A DNA stretch of 64,000 nt from NCBI GenBank assembly GCA_964247055.1, contig OZ176052.1, positions 9,610,001-9,674,000 on the forward strand. The letters run 5' to 3'. This DNA is from Paragordius varius. Its lineage: Eukaryota > Animalia > Nematomorpha. Positions 39,601 to 53,300 of this stretch are shown here, one piece after another; within the stretch, counting starts at the first letter, position 1; each line of letters opens with the position of its first letter. Position numbers and translations under genes: made by a program. The notes below the pieces were generated by a model. The model saw only the letters and a list, made by a program, of their open reading frames with translations. It was not told the DNA's origin and did not search any database.

Positions 39601-42057
39601 TTTTCGCTGGCCTTCAAATATTTAGATACAGCTGCACCACCCATTATACCAAAAATGCCAGCAAAACATGTCACTAGTCCAAAAACAAGACCAATTTCTT
39701 GTTGATTCATAGGCTCCTCACTGGGCGTTACAAGCCAATCGAAATCATCCTTGATGGCTGATGATGAAAGTTGCATGAGCGTAGGGGCCCAAAGTGCCAG
39801 TGCACCTACCACAAAAGAAACGCAAGTAACGCCAAATGTAATTCTTCGATACGAAGTTATACCTATGAGTCGTCGTATATCCCCTAGTAACCATGCTAAA
39901 ATATTATAGATAGATTTAGAATTGCAATTTTTGAAAAGAAAATAAATAAAAAATAATCAGTTGTCTGCTCTGCCTTTTTAATTAAGGGGTAAGAATAGCC
40001 CGGTGAAAGCATTATTAGGTGCCTGTCAAGGGCTGATGATAATGATGCAAAAATTGTAGGAACAAAATTTTATGAATATACAGTCATGCATCCTTTATCT
40101 TATCAAAAATTTATTTTTTTTCGTTAAATGGGTATAAATATTTGGTAAAGAATGGAAAAAACAAGAGGTCTATGGTAATTCTTACACTTTTTTGATAAAT
40201 ATGATATTGTTAATACCATAGAGCTCTTGTCTTTTCCATTCTTCAAATTTATACCCATTTAATGGAAAAAATAAATTTTTGATAAATTAAAGGATACATG
40301 ATTGTATATATATATATATATATATATAGGTTAAGTGTGAAATTTTCGAAAATAATTCATACAAAAGCCTCGACATATGATAGTATTCCTTTCAAAAAAT
40401 ATCCATAAAATGTAAAACTAACGATATAAGAAACACATTATGCAATAACAACAATTATCACAGTGTAAGGAAGTTTAAACCTATTGATTTTAAAAAACAT
40501 TGATTCCAATATAAATTAGCGATATCGGAATTAACCAATATGGCTTCATATGACTAATGTCAAAAGAATATTCACACAACTAATAAGTATAATTATTACG
40601 AATTTTGTTATTTACCCTTGATGACTCCGTCGATTATAAACTGATGGATTATAGCGTTATAAATGCATGAGGCATATTTATGCATGTTACCAATTTTAAA
40701 ATCATTTTGAGCCCATTTATTTTGCAGAACAGTATAAAGAATTGATATTTTCCGTTTAAACCTGGCAAGGGTTATGTCTGTTTTACGCCTTAAATAATAG
40801 CATATGTTTTGTGTCGCGGATATATCGATATAAAATTCCGATAATTGTGGTTTGCTTTTCCCGTGTGTTTTGGGAGATAATAGGGGTTGAGTTTCTAAAA
40901 AAACAGGAATAACAACAAAGATAAAGCATATTTGTTAAAACTTCTGTTATAATCTATACAGTTTGATAAACATAGAATGATGGTGAAATTCGCTATTTCT
41001 AATCTGCCACATATATTAATCATCAGAACTACAAAAATAATGAATATATTTTAGTTTTCATTAATATGGTAAGCGGAATTAATAATTTTATACAAAAAAT
41101 TATTTAGGTAAATATTTTAAGAATTAAAGTATAATATCCGAATAAAGCTAATAAATTAAAATTAATTGATTTTTTGCCAATTATGTAATGAGTTCCAATA
41201 TTACCTGTATATTCTTCGTCATTACCTACAACATTAGTGGAAGTTGTTGGTATTGACATGGTAGTAGAAACCGTTAGAGGCTCAGTGCTTTCGAGATCAA
41301 ATGGACCATTTATATTATTAATTCTCCAATAAAATATAATGATTAAGACGACTCCAATAAGCGGAGTTAAGCGTAAACCCCATTCCCACGTGCCAGTCAA
41401 TTGAGCCAACGAAGATGAAACAATGTATCCTAGACCACTACCAACTGGTATGGCTAAATAAAATGCACTCAAACATAAAAGTCTCGTTCTATTAGTATCA
41501 ATGTATTGGTAATCAATGATTGATGTGGTATGATTATTATTCTTCTTATCGTCTGTATAATTTACTACGGAATCATATGATTCTGATATTTCCGTATTGC
41601 TTTTATTGTCATGATGACTATTTACAACTGGAAAAAGATCCGCAAAAATAGTTGGTGTTATTGTAGAGTAGCATGCTTCTCCCACACCAACCAGTGCTCG
41701 AGTGGCTAAAAACACTCGAAAATGAGTGTTTGCAATCAAGGAACAAATAAATGTTGAGGTACACCATATACACATCGACATAATTAGTAATCTTTTTCTT
41801 TGATGTCGGTAACGGTCCCCTAAATAACCTGCTATGGGAGCTGACAACATGTATGCACATACAAAAATTGTTTGCACAAGTCCAGCCAATCTATTGTCCA
41901 AATCAAAATAGTGTTCAATATCCAAAAGAACTGACGCAACAGCATAACGATCCATGTAGTTAAGTAAATTTATTATACAAAGTAATGTCACGGTTACATA
42001 GGCTTCATAAAGATAAACATTCGAAACTTTAGTAACCAACGGTTCTTTTTCATGCAT
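36697..42057 (-). CDS. SPNS1: Spinster-family MFS lysosomal lipid transporter (~677 aa)
   Basis: Exons 41205-42057, 39595-39895, 39194-39438, 37484-37795, 36697-37019 (sum 2034 nt, in frame). Motifs NLLNYMDRY, AGYLGDRY, RALVGVGEACYSTITPTIFADLF, FYLAIPVGSGLGY, GALALWAP, SHALGDASSAYIVG match Spinster; SPNS1 is the nearest family label, paralog not resolved. Confidence 0.92.
37949..38996. mobile_element. 5'-truncated, 5'-inverted RTE-clade LINE insertion in Spinster intron 3
   Basis: Minus segment 37949-38424 encodes the RTE C-terminus (GWAKFNQL..VRP..YASETW..RLWYFGH..GRPKTTW..DRDIYR); plus segment ~38425-38996 encodes RT (MLYADDLVI, GLKINIEKTK) and a PHD finger; 14-bp direct repeat AGTTAAAAATATGT at 37935-37948 and 38994-39007. 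Confidence 0.9.
40081..40304. mobile_element. CAGTCATG-family MITE (224 bp) in Spinster intron 1
   Basis: Long inverted arms related to the TIRs of 25974-27010; TA flanks, followed by (TA)n. Confidence 0.8.
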
Positions 42058-43394
42058 AAAATTAAAAAATCTATGTCATATGGATTTAAATAACTAATGT
42101 TTTATAGAGTGCACACAAATATGTCCAATGCGATAAAATATAATGTGAGTTTGTAATATTTAAAATATATTCGTTTGTAACATCTAATGAATAAAATTCC
42201 ATTGGAAATTAATGTATAAAATTATTTTAACGTTTTTTATATTTTTATCGTGATTGAGATTAATTTATTACGCTATATATGAAAACGTACAAAATCAAGG
42301 GTACAAAAAATATGATGAAATTATATATTCTGAGAGGTAAATGTATAAGAATTCGCATGGTGCTTTCAATGTTGGGAGTTACTAGTAATATTTAAAGTTT
42401 TATATTAACTTTTATGGTAAGTGATCAATATTATAAAATCGCTGAATTATTCCTTCTGATCTTTGGTATAAGCTAAATTTTTTGCAAAAATAATATGAAC
42501 TATATAATATACTATTAATTAAAAATTGAACAATATAATATACTATTAATTAAAAATAAAATAATGTTAAAATAAAGCTTTGATTTTTAAATATGCGGTC
42601 CCAACATTTGTCCCCTTCTCAAAAGGTAGTTCTCTTTTAAAAAAATGACGATATTCGCGATAAAATCTAATGCAATATGGCATCAAAAAATATTTTTGAA
42701 ATATGTTTGCTATGTTTAAAAATTTTATATACCCCAAAATTTTGCTGAAGCTTTCATATTGAGGAATGTTAGAAACGGAAAAAGTTTAGATATTGTAAAA
42801 ACACTTTTTCAATACGATGATGCTGAACATTTTTATCACCTCGTATTATGCATTATACCTTTCTCGCTATTCATTTAAATTTAAAAAACTAACCTTTAAA
42901 ATGTCACTCATTAATTTTTTTTAAAGGGCAGTGAAAATTATTTATCTTCTCTCAAGGGCCGGGCACCATATAATACCAATAAATATATATTGCTTGACAC
43001 ATTCGCAAATATTAATGATTAATATATCAAATTTTAAAAAATTTAGGGCTATAAAAAGGAACTTAAAGGGCCGCATGCCGCCCGTGAACCGCTGTTTGAG
43101 TGCCGTTGCTTTAAATGAATATTGTGTATTTTAGTATCATCTAATATAGGAAAGTTGTTTATATGACACTTCATTACCTTTTCACTTTTTTATCCTAGTT
43201 TAATTTCTGGGGTAGTTATATATTCCAGAGCTCAATTTCGTAATAAACAAAATTTTAGAAGTTATTTAATGTAAGTATAATTGCCACTAGAGTCTAAAAT
43301 TGGGACCACCTCAAACACGATTGGAACTGCTGATATTTGAATCAAAATTTATCAGGTTTTTGCTGGTAAAATGTAGCATGAAAGCTTTTAACCT

Positions 43395-43808
43395 AATGTG
43401 ACTAGATAGGCTGTTTTTTGCAGTACAGTACTAAGTTTTCAGAAAAAAAATGGGCCTGTTTTGCGCCTACTATTGTACTGCTTTTTAAAAATGAAAAAAA
43501 TTTAATTTTTTATAAATATATATTAATCACCTTTTATTTATTAAAAAAATCTTATTTTAGTATTTAATATAATACCCTCTTTAAAAACAACCCCTAATTT
43601 GTATAGAAATGGTTTATTTTGAGAAAAAAACTAAGATTGGCCTAATTTTATTGGTTAATATTTTATTTTTTGCTCGAATTATACGTAAAACTTAGGATTG
43701 CAGCCTTTCACACAGTGGCAAAACTATAAATCTTAGAGTCCACACCGCAAAATATAGGCTAATGGCTCTTTCACCCAGGGCATCCGCAAAAAGAGGTGCC
43801 TTAAAATT
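43395..43808 (+). repeat. Second copy of the 1420-1800 dispersed repeat
   Basis: Collinear similarity to 1420-1800. Confidence 0.6.
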
Positions 43809-44319
43809 AAAATTTACAAAATAATTTATGATATTTTTATAATGTATGGTAGACTTTAAAAAGTTCATTTTTTGTTATAATTATTAAACGGAAAATTATA
43901 TTCCCGTGACATTTAAAATTCATTAGTATGGCATATTATATTAAAATGACAAAAAAATTAAGAGTTTTTTTGGTGTTCTACACTTATTAGGTGGGATGTG
44001 TGATATTTCTTAATTTTTTTCCGTAACTTTAATTTTTATTAGTTTTTTTTATTTTTTTGCATACATAAGATGAGATATTTGTTGATTTGTATAAACTATT
44101 TGCATGATGAAAACGGTAAAACGCTTTAAGATATAAAACCCTTTTTCTAAATATTTCTATGATGTTGAACATTACTATAGGTTGAGAATTTTAATAAAGG
44201 TTTGTTTGCTTGGAAATTTTGGAGAATTTTTGTAAAAAATCACACTTTTTATTTAAAAAAAATTTGAAAACGACTGTCTTGAACAAAATTTTGAATCAGA
44301 AAAATGTTTAGCATTATCG

Positions 44320-44375
<56 letters not shown>

Positions 44376-45121
44376 GGTATAACATCTCAACCGTTTATAT
44401 CGTTTCCATCATGAATATAGTAAGTATGGTTCAACAAAATTTTGCTAAAAAATAATTAAAAGTATGGATTTTTATTAAAATATAATCGATATCAATATTT
44501 AGCATATTAATAATTGCTCAATGTCGGAATTTTTGCGTTTAGAGAACAGTCCATTTTAGTTTTGAAAATTTTTAAAATATTGTTTTGCTTTTTACATTGA
44601 GTTTATGTTATATTTTAGTGATATTTTTTGTAATAAAGCATTTAGCTTTCACCAAAAAATATACTAAAATAATTGCGCACCTTTTGCAATTATATGCGGA
44701 ACACTTACCACAAAAGTGTTAATAATATTTTTCAATAACTCGTGAAGATTAAAATCAAAGGCCCCATAATAACCCTGATATTTTCCTATCAGAGCATATA
44801 TATTTCCAGGACCTTTTTTAACTGTGTAATATACCACACCGACGGCGTAAAAACAGGTAAAGTATGTTTTAAATTTGTACCAGCCCTTTCGCCTTTATAT
44901 GAAAATTTGGTTTGGACGGGTCCAAAATTTATAGTTTTCGGAGCATATACTAATATTTAAAAATTATATAATTATTATAATTTTGCTTTTTATATGTAGT
45001 TTAAGATATATTTTAGTAATATTTTTTATAATAAGGCCATAATTTTTTTGAAACAAATCTTTAACATGCTAATTTTACCATCTTCTGATATGTAGCAGTT
45101 GAAACTATAAACTTTCTTAAA

Positions 45122-45643
45122 CACTCCATGACCTTTTCACATTTTTGTCCTAACATATTGAGGAAATTTATTATAGAGCTCAATCTAGTAAAAAATTGCT
45201 GTTTTGAGATAATAATTATCAAACATTGTTCTCTTTAGTTAGATAAAAAAGCTTATGTTTCAGTTTTGTAACTTAGAGTCTAAATTGCGACAGCTCTAAA
45301 ACACGATTAAAATAAACATTTATTTCAAAATCAATAAATATCAAATTTTCGCTCGTAAAATATGATCTGAAAGTTTATTCAAGCTACTTATTTACATTTT
45401 ATAACCAAAATATACATTTATTTGCCTATTTTAGGGATTTAAAAATTTTTAATTAAAAGGACTTGCGGCGAAAAAAATTGAATGAGGATATTTACAATTT
45501 TATATTTATTAAATTTCTTTATAAAGGTTCCGCCTTAAAAGCTAAAGAAAACATACTTTAATTTAAAATACCTTAAACACTTTTTAAAATACAAATTTCT
45601 AATCGCTCTGGGATGTAAAACTACCCCAAAAGGTCATGAAGTG
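45122..45643. mobile_element. piggyBac-like MITE (522 bp)
   Basis: TIRs CACTCCATGACCTTTT / AAAAGGTCATGAAGTG; TTAA on the right, TAAA (near-TTAA) on the left. Confidence 0.6.
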
Positions 45644-47359
45644 TTAATCACGCGTAAGGGCCAAACCAAAAGCACCATGGTAATATTAATAATTATTTTG
45701 TGACTAAAAATGCGAATCCATATAAAAAATTCAAAACTATTTTTATATTTCGGATCTGCTTAGCCGATTCATTATCATAATAAATCTAGCATATAAAAAC
45801 TTAAAGATGATGTTTATGATATAAAAAAGGTGGTCATATTAAAATGTATATGAAGGCGTCACTAAGATGATGGGCTGGACCCTACTATATAAATCACCCT
45901 TTTATGTAAACCAGATTCCTTTTAAATCGCCCCTTTTTTAAATTATTTTTTAAATAGAAGCTTTTGTTTTTTACCTAATCCACGGCAATCATAGTTTTGC
46001 AAGTAATTATACCTATATCTTTTAATTGTTTATGTCTAACTTTATTATATCATAAGCATTTCTTGCTAAGTATACATATATATATAGTAATTGTAGAAAA
46101 TGGATCGAAGCAGATCCGAATTATAAAAATTGTTTTTAATTTTTTTATATGGAATATTAAATTATTATATAAATATGGGATCTCTCCACTTTTTGATTCA
46201 CCATAGTATTCTGATTATTTTTCGATCAATATATATAGTATACGAGTGTGAACACTCTTAATTTTCAAAAAATTCCGATGTAATCCGAAATCGTTTTTAG
46301 TTGGTCATGATTTTCAACGATTCCAAAAAACTTTTGCTAACTATTTTAATTGATTTTTACATTATTCATATTAAAAATAGTAATATATATCATTTTTTAT
46401 ATTAACACATCCACAATCATAAAAAATAATTCAATAAAGTGTTTAACAAGTTATAGCAATGATGCTCAAACTGCCGTCCTTAAAGCTTATGTCTCAAATT
46501 AATTATTAAATTTTTAATAAACTTATTTGAAGTCTAAATATCTGATCTCAAACAGCTATGCAATAGTTGTCGGTGTTATATGGTTAACGATATCCCAAAT
46601 TTCTTGGTTAGTATACCAACTATACTATGTGTTATTTTGAATGGGGCAGTTGTTGACTATGGGAAATGGTTGATATTATCAATGCTCATAGATGTTCATT
46701 TTTTTGTTATATACTTAGTGAACACAAAAAATATCTTGATATAAAAATGATTCATTCTTATGGTTCTTTTGGTTTTGGGGCTTATAAGTGATGTAAGAAG
46801 GTATTTGCAATTTGGTGGTAATCCTTACTAAAATCGTATAATAGCTTATCAAATAAATATTTTTTGAATATGCAAAATAAAAATTAAATAGATTACCCAG
46901 AAAAGAAACATGAATAGTGATTTCATTGCTTAGAGTTAAATATCATAATCATATTTTATCTAATTAACACACAATATAGCCTGTCTAACTCTCCGTACAT
47001 TAAAAACAAGCGATACATATTTTATATTGGTTCTTTATACTGTTGATATGAAAAATTTTCAATCCCTAGAAAGTATATTTTTCAACTGTGAATTGAACGA
47101 AATATGTAAATTTTTAACCAAAAAAACTGAATTCATATGCACGCCGCTCATACACATTAAACTATCCCTTACAATGTAAAAGACTAATATAACCAAAAAT
47201 ATGGTTATTTACTGTATTTTAACGTACATTATGTAATTTATGAAAAAATAAATGAGATGTAAAAAATTTATTGTCTCGCATACAAATATTCTCAGTATAC
47301 ATTGTACAATTACTACAATGTAACTAATAGCAAATATTACAAATATAATGGTATCGTTT

Positions 47360-50300
47360 TTATATTTTATTCAGGATATCTTGCAAATAACGGATATCAT
47401 GTTTTAGATTATCGGTTGAATTAGTGTCATAGTCGTCTTTAATAGATTTTCCACTTGCAACAATGTTACTTTGCATCATGATATTAAAGTTGGCCAAAAA
47501 ATCTTGACATACATTTGTTATGGCATATCTATATACAATTAATTATAAAATATCTTTTGGTAATACAGAATGAATAAATATACATTACTAGTTTTTTTTT
47601 AATATTCCCAGATAGCATAAAGAGTAAAAAGAATTTTTATTGACAATAACAATAAAAAAAATAATTATGAGCCAATTATGTGGACCTTTGCTGAATATGC
47701 AATAATTAATGAAAAACTAGAGACATACTTGTTAATATTTTTATTGTCAAACATGTCTTCATCTACCATATAATGCATAAATTTGATAAGAGTAAGGGCT
47801 ATGGAATGGTTATATACACGATTTGAAATCTAAAATGCAAGGATAAAAGGAATATAGGGACTCTGCTCATTATATAGAAAAAATGCTTCAATTAAATACA
47901 CAGGCATAAATATTTACAAACCCAAATTTTTATCTTCAGTGCAAATAAATTATTTTATAATGCTTTGTTTCAAGTTTGCATATATATTGGTTTTAACAGA
48001 TTTAAAGGTTTATTCGGCAATAAAACTCCAAAAATAGCAATAAAAAATTGGCTTAAAAATAATAGGTTATTGTCTATTACAAAAAATGTTTTAATTTAAT
48101 AATTACGTAAATATTTTAGTTGTAAAAAACACGAGTTTAACAAAATATTTGGTTATCGGATGACCTATTAATATGTATTTACAAATAAGATTTTCCGAAA
48201 TATCAATAAATACAGTAATTAAAAATATTATATGAGGAATTGTATATATAAATAGCTAAAGGTTGGGTTTATCTTAATGAATAATTTATCTGTATGTTTT
48301 TACCGAACTGTTAAACAACTCCACGTATTCTTTAATTATTCTATCAAGCGGTATTCCCAATTCAATGAACGTTTTTAATATAACACTATTTGGATCGACT
48401 TGATTCTCAAAAGTAAAATTGGCCAAATATTTGATGAGAAAAGCTACGATAAAATATCCATTAATGCAGTAATCAAACAAATATAATCTATCATTCAATT
48501 GGTATAAAAAAGTAATATATATATATATTATATAAGATAAAAATAACTTTATATTAAGTATAATAGAATATGGCTTCAACACCAAAATATTTACACTACA
48601 TACCTAATGGAAAATATAGGTTAAACATTGTTGAATTTGAGGTATTGGCTTTTGATAATTGATTTCGACCTATTCGCGTTATTGTATTCAGTAAGGATTG
48701 TAGTTTATATTGTGCCAAGGATTTGGATGTAGACGGACTAATATGATGGAAATTTTAAAATCATAATTTCAGCAATAATTAAAAATATAAAAAAGATAAA
48801 ACGTAAAACTAAAAGCCTAATATTTTATAATTATAATTTCTACATCATAATTTTGACCTTTTTTGGGGGTGGCTAAATAAGGAAAAATTGATAAAACACT
48901 CAATTATATATATTTCAATTGTAATCATTTAAGTAATATAAAATAATCAAAAGATTGTATTTTTTAAAAATTAGTTTTACCGTTTTTTCATTATAATTCT
49001 AATTTGAGTATATCAAGCGCTTTTAGAAATTAGTTATAAAAAAAGCCTAAAACTTTCCAATAAAATCAGGATAGTCAAAAATCTTTTTTAAAAAATTAAC
49101 CTGGCAATCGGTGATTTAATATCATCCTTATGTAATGTGTAATCCAAAATTTTGGTCCAAACCTCACAAATAAGGTCGGAATCTGTATTAGAAGCTACTT
49201 GAATGATGTCAAGTTCCGTTTCATAGAGGTAAAACTTTTCACAAAAATCCTCATAAAGCTAAAAAATGTTTCAAAAATATATTATTGACGTAGAAAAATT
49301 TATGGCAATCGATAAAATAATAAAAAAAATTCTTGCATACTTTAGTGAGATCAAATATTTCAATATTCAGTCTTTCTATTGAGCGTAAAACTAATGAATC
49401 CTTGGTATCGGCATATATTTGTTGTAATTGATTTATAATTTTCATCTGTTTTAAAAAATAAGATAATAAATAAAAGTCAATTTTTAAAGTTTTGAAGGGT
49501 AAAATTTTAATGTTTTTTTGTGTAAAATACTTGAATTTGAGCCACATCAATTTTATCCTCAATTTCTTGTATCATTTGTTGCAGGGTTGTAAAATCGGAG
49601 TTTGCCGTAATATTAGCCGATTTTGGCAATGATAAAGCAGTACGAGCACATAAAAGCGCTTTTGATAAATACTCCAATCTGGCAGGTAGCAGAATTGATT
49701 TGCTAAAAAATATATAGAGCATATATTTATTAGGAAATACTAAATTAGTAAAAAGGAATGAAAAAGAACCCATGGAGTGAAAGATACAGGGTTTCTTATT
49801 CGTAAACCATACAAACAATAAATGTCCGTCCCTTTTCAAATTTTATTTTGACTTTTAAAATATCATTTACTTTTCCAATGAAAACACCAAAATATTTTTT
49901 GAAATGATTTATTTCATAAAAATTGCCTAAACAATACACAAATTCAAGTATATTTGCAAAATGGTATGCAAAGTTTAGTGATTGTAGTTTAAACCAAAAA
50001 CTTATTTTATAATTGGGAAAATGAATAATAATCAGCTATGTTAGTTAGTTAAGAATCGCTGTTTATGTAAAGGGATTAAAGTAAAGGGTTACCAATAAAA
50101 TTTATAATATAAAAGAAGTGTATATTTAATATTAAATAGTAAGTTTATTAAAAGTAGCATACTCTGATAATTCAGCAAGCATCATAAAAACATGGGCAGC
50201 TTCATGGAATTGTTTGGAATTTTGCAAAAATTGACATTTAATTTCTAGCGTATGCTTACGTTCAGAAACAACAGTTGTTGTATCGTTTAATAAGGGTTGA

Positions 50301-53300
50301 TTTGTACTAGGTTGAGTTTTATCCATATTTCCAAAATACGTTTGAATGAATGGTGATTGAATCTAAGATTAATACTTATTTATTTTTTTGTCAAAAAAAA
50401 TATTTCCTATTATATTTTTAAAAATTAACAACGGATAAATTATATTTAAAAAAATAAAGTATTTGATAATTTTGTTATTTCTCTTAACAAATGTTTAACA
50501 AACTAATAAAATTTTATTATATTGTTACAAAATAAATTATAGGCTTTACTAAAACATATATTACAATAATAAATATTAAGAACATGCAAAAAAAAGTTTA
50601 AAAATATCTGATACAAATAAATATGAAAAAATACTTTTGTAAGGTAATCTCCAAAGCCATGATCCTTCAACCAATCGTAAAACAAATAGGAAAAGAGTTC
50701 ATCGCTGCTATTTGCACATTCCTTTAACAGTTGGCCAAACTAAAAATAAAAATTAACGGTAAAAAGTATTCCGCTGCACATAAATAATAAATTAACAAAG
50801 ACATAATAATAATATTTAAAGTGTAGTGTAACACCTAATTTCATAATGCAAATGACTTTAATAAAATTCATGAAATATATTCTAAATTCATATTATCAAG
50901 TATTATCCCTTTGCTTTCAAATAATTAAACGAAAATCACAAAAACCCGATTGATTTATAAAAAATACGTAAAATAACCTCTCTCTTTGTCGATAACTTAT
51001 ATGTATCAGAGGCTAAAGTTAAATTTGAACCGGCAAAAGATTGGGACATATTTGGATTAGAATGATTTAACATATCGTATTGTGTATCATTCGATGATAA
51101 GTTTCCCAAATTATCACCACCATAGAGTGATTGATAATGGCCAAGTGCAGTCAGCAATATTTCATAACAATGCATTCTAGATAAGATTTATATATTTTGA
51201 AAGATAATTTTTTTAAGTTTTTTTTAAATATAATTCACCATTTTTTGTTGTAAAATGAATGGAAATGTAAATGGGTAACGCAGTCAATTATAAATTGTAA
51301 TTACACTAGTCGACAAATTTGGACATTTTTGAGCACCACCACTCAAACTTTTAAATTATGACGAATTTCAGTGTTTTAATACCAAATGTGAAAAAATTTT
51401 TGATCCCGCCAATCAGAATTTTGAAATATCATAGGTTTTTCAATTTTTCAAAAACAAGAGAAAATCGAGAGAAAATTAAATATAACTTTATAATAAAATG
51501 TTATTATATTATAAACTTAATATCATTTAATAAAGCGTTTTAAACTCTATCTTTTGAATATAAATATGTCATTTAAATATCAGAGAAAAAAAATAGTACG
51601 GACTTAAACGTCAAAATTTAGTCTTTTTCTTTCAAGTGAATTTTTAATACGTATAAAAATTTTTTAAAAAAATACTAAAAAAGGTATTCTATGGTTTAAA
51701 CCTTCGGCTTTTAGATAGGCTATATTTTTTTTGTTAGTTTTCGTTCTTTCGAGTATTTATTAGGCTTTTTTTCTTGAGTTGGTTCTTACAAAAAATCCTT
51801 TATTCATACCTAGTGGATATACTTTATTTTTTAAAATTATTGGTTGATTTGTATTTTTAATTTCAGATGGATGTTGTGTAGCCACTTTTAGTAGAATTTA
51901 CTATTAAGGGATTGGACCATTTGTATTTACCTAATCTTTTTATTCAATTTAATTGTAGAATTTATCTAACTTTATTCTGTGAATTGGTTAATTTGACATG
52001 TCAATTTGCCTGGATTTTGCTTGCAAGTCTCTCTTATCGGGCTTTACGATTACTTATTGTTCTTTGCCATATCTGGCATAATTGGATCGCTTGGGGGATA
52101 TGCAGAGCTTGTGCAGCCGCCCGGATCTATCACACTATACATAAGCCCCTTGTTTTAATACTTTGGCTCTTGGCTTGTTTAGTATTTTATTTAATGCCTA
52201 GAATTTTGTTATTCATGCATGGAATATTACTTGCATCGACTTGTTCGTTTGAATATTTAAACATATATACACGAGGAATGATTGTTATTTTTAAATTAAA
52301 TACAAATTTAAAAATTAAATTTCGGAAAAATCCTATTGGTGGCCTCAATTTTCTTTTTTGTTTTGGCCTTTCCATGCCATTAGGTATTAGAAAATGCAAA
52401 AATAATGGGGTGGTGCAAAACCTTGTTGAGCAGTGTTATGCATTGGTTATGTCGGATTTAAAGTTTTAACGTTTGGCCTGTATAATTCCAATTTTTACTG
52501 TAAATTAAAACCTTAAAAATATAATTTCAACGTAAATGTTACCTCTTTCTATAAATGTCAGCTGAAAATTTAGTGCCCATAGGTTCATCATCATTCATAT
52601 AAAAGTAGCGATAATCGGGTGATATATTGTTTTGGTTATATGAACCGTTCATGTTAAGAAACGATGAATTTTTGGTGGACAACAGATTTGTCATATATGA
52701 TTTGCCAGCATTAAGGCATAATTTGATTATACCTTTATGGCAAAAATAAACACAATATATGCGTAAAAAATTATTATAAAACCAGTTTTAACTTTCATAT
52801 ATTAGTTGATTGTGCAAAAACAATGAAAAATGTCAATAGTATTAAGGAATTTCGGTACTTGCGTAAAATAATATCATGCAACCATCAAATAAACTCGTCA
52901 ATTTTAAAAACTATTTTAACATGAGTATAATAGCCCTCTTTGACAATAATTATCCATTTTAAATTATAATTTTTTAAACTATGATGCTCTATTATCAGTT
53001 TATCATCCATGTAAAATTATTATCAACAAAACTAATCAACTAAAATGCATAAAAAACAATCATGAAATATACCATAATAAAATCCACATTTTTGGAATTG
53101 TCCACATACACTTTGTAAATTGTAATTATCAGGCCCGATAGATGTGTAAAGGTTAAGAGCTTTATGTAAAAACTCGTGTTTAGTTTGTCCCAAGGAATTA
53201 GATGTAGTATTGTCATAAATATTTTTAGCATTAACACCTATCATATTTGATCCATTCATTATAGATACCCCGTCAGGCATATTTGCTGGTATTTTCAGGG

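Noticed and set aside
51912-52469. 185-aa plus-strand ORF nested antisense in a Nup155 intron
   Set aside because: Starts at TTG with no early ATG and has no recognisable domain; the opposite strand in the same codon register shows a stop-riddled HTH-like stretch (IRAAAQALHIP), so it is more likely the antisense shadow of a decayed transposase. Too weak to annotate.
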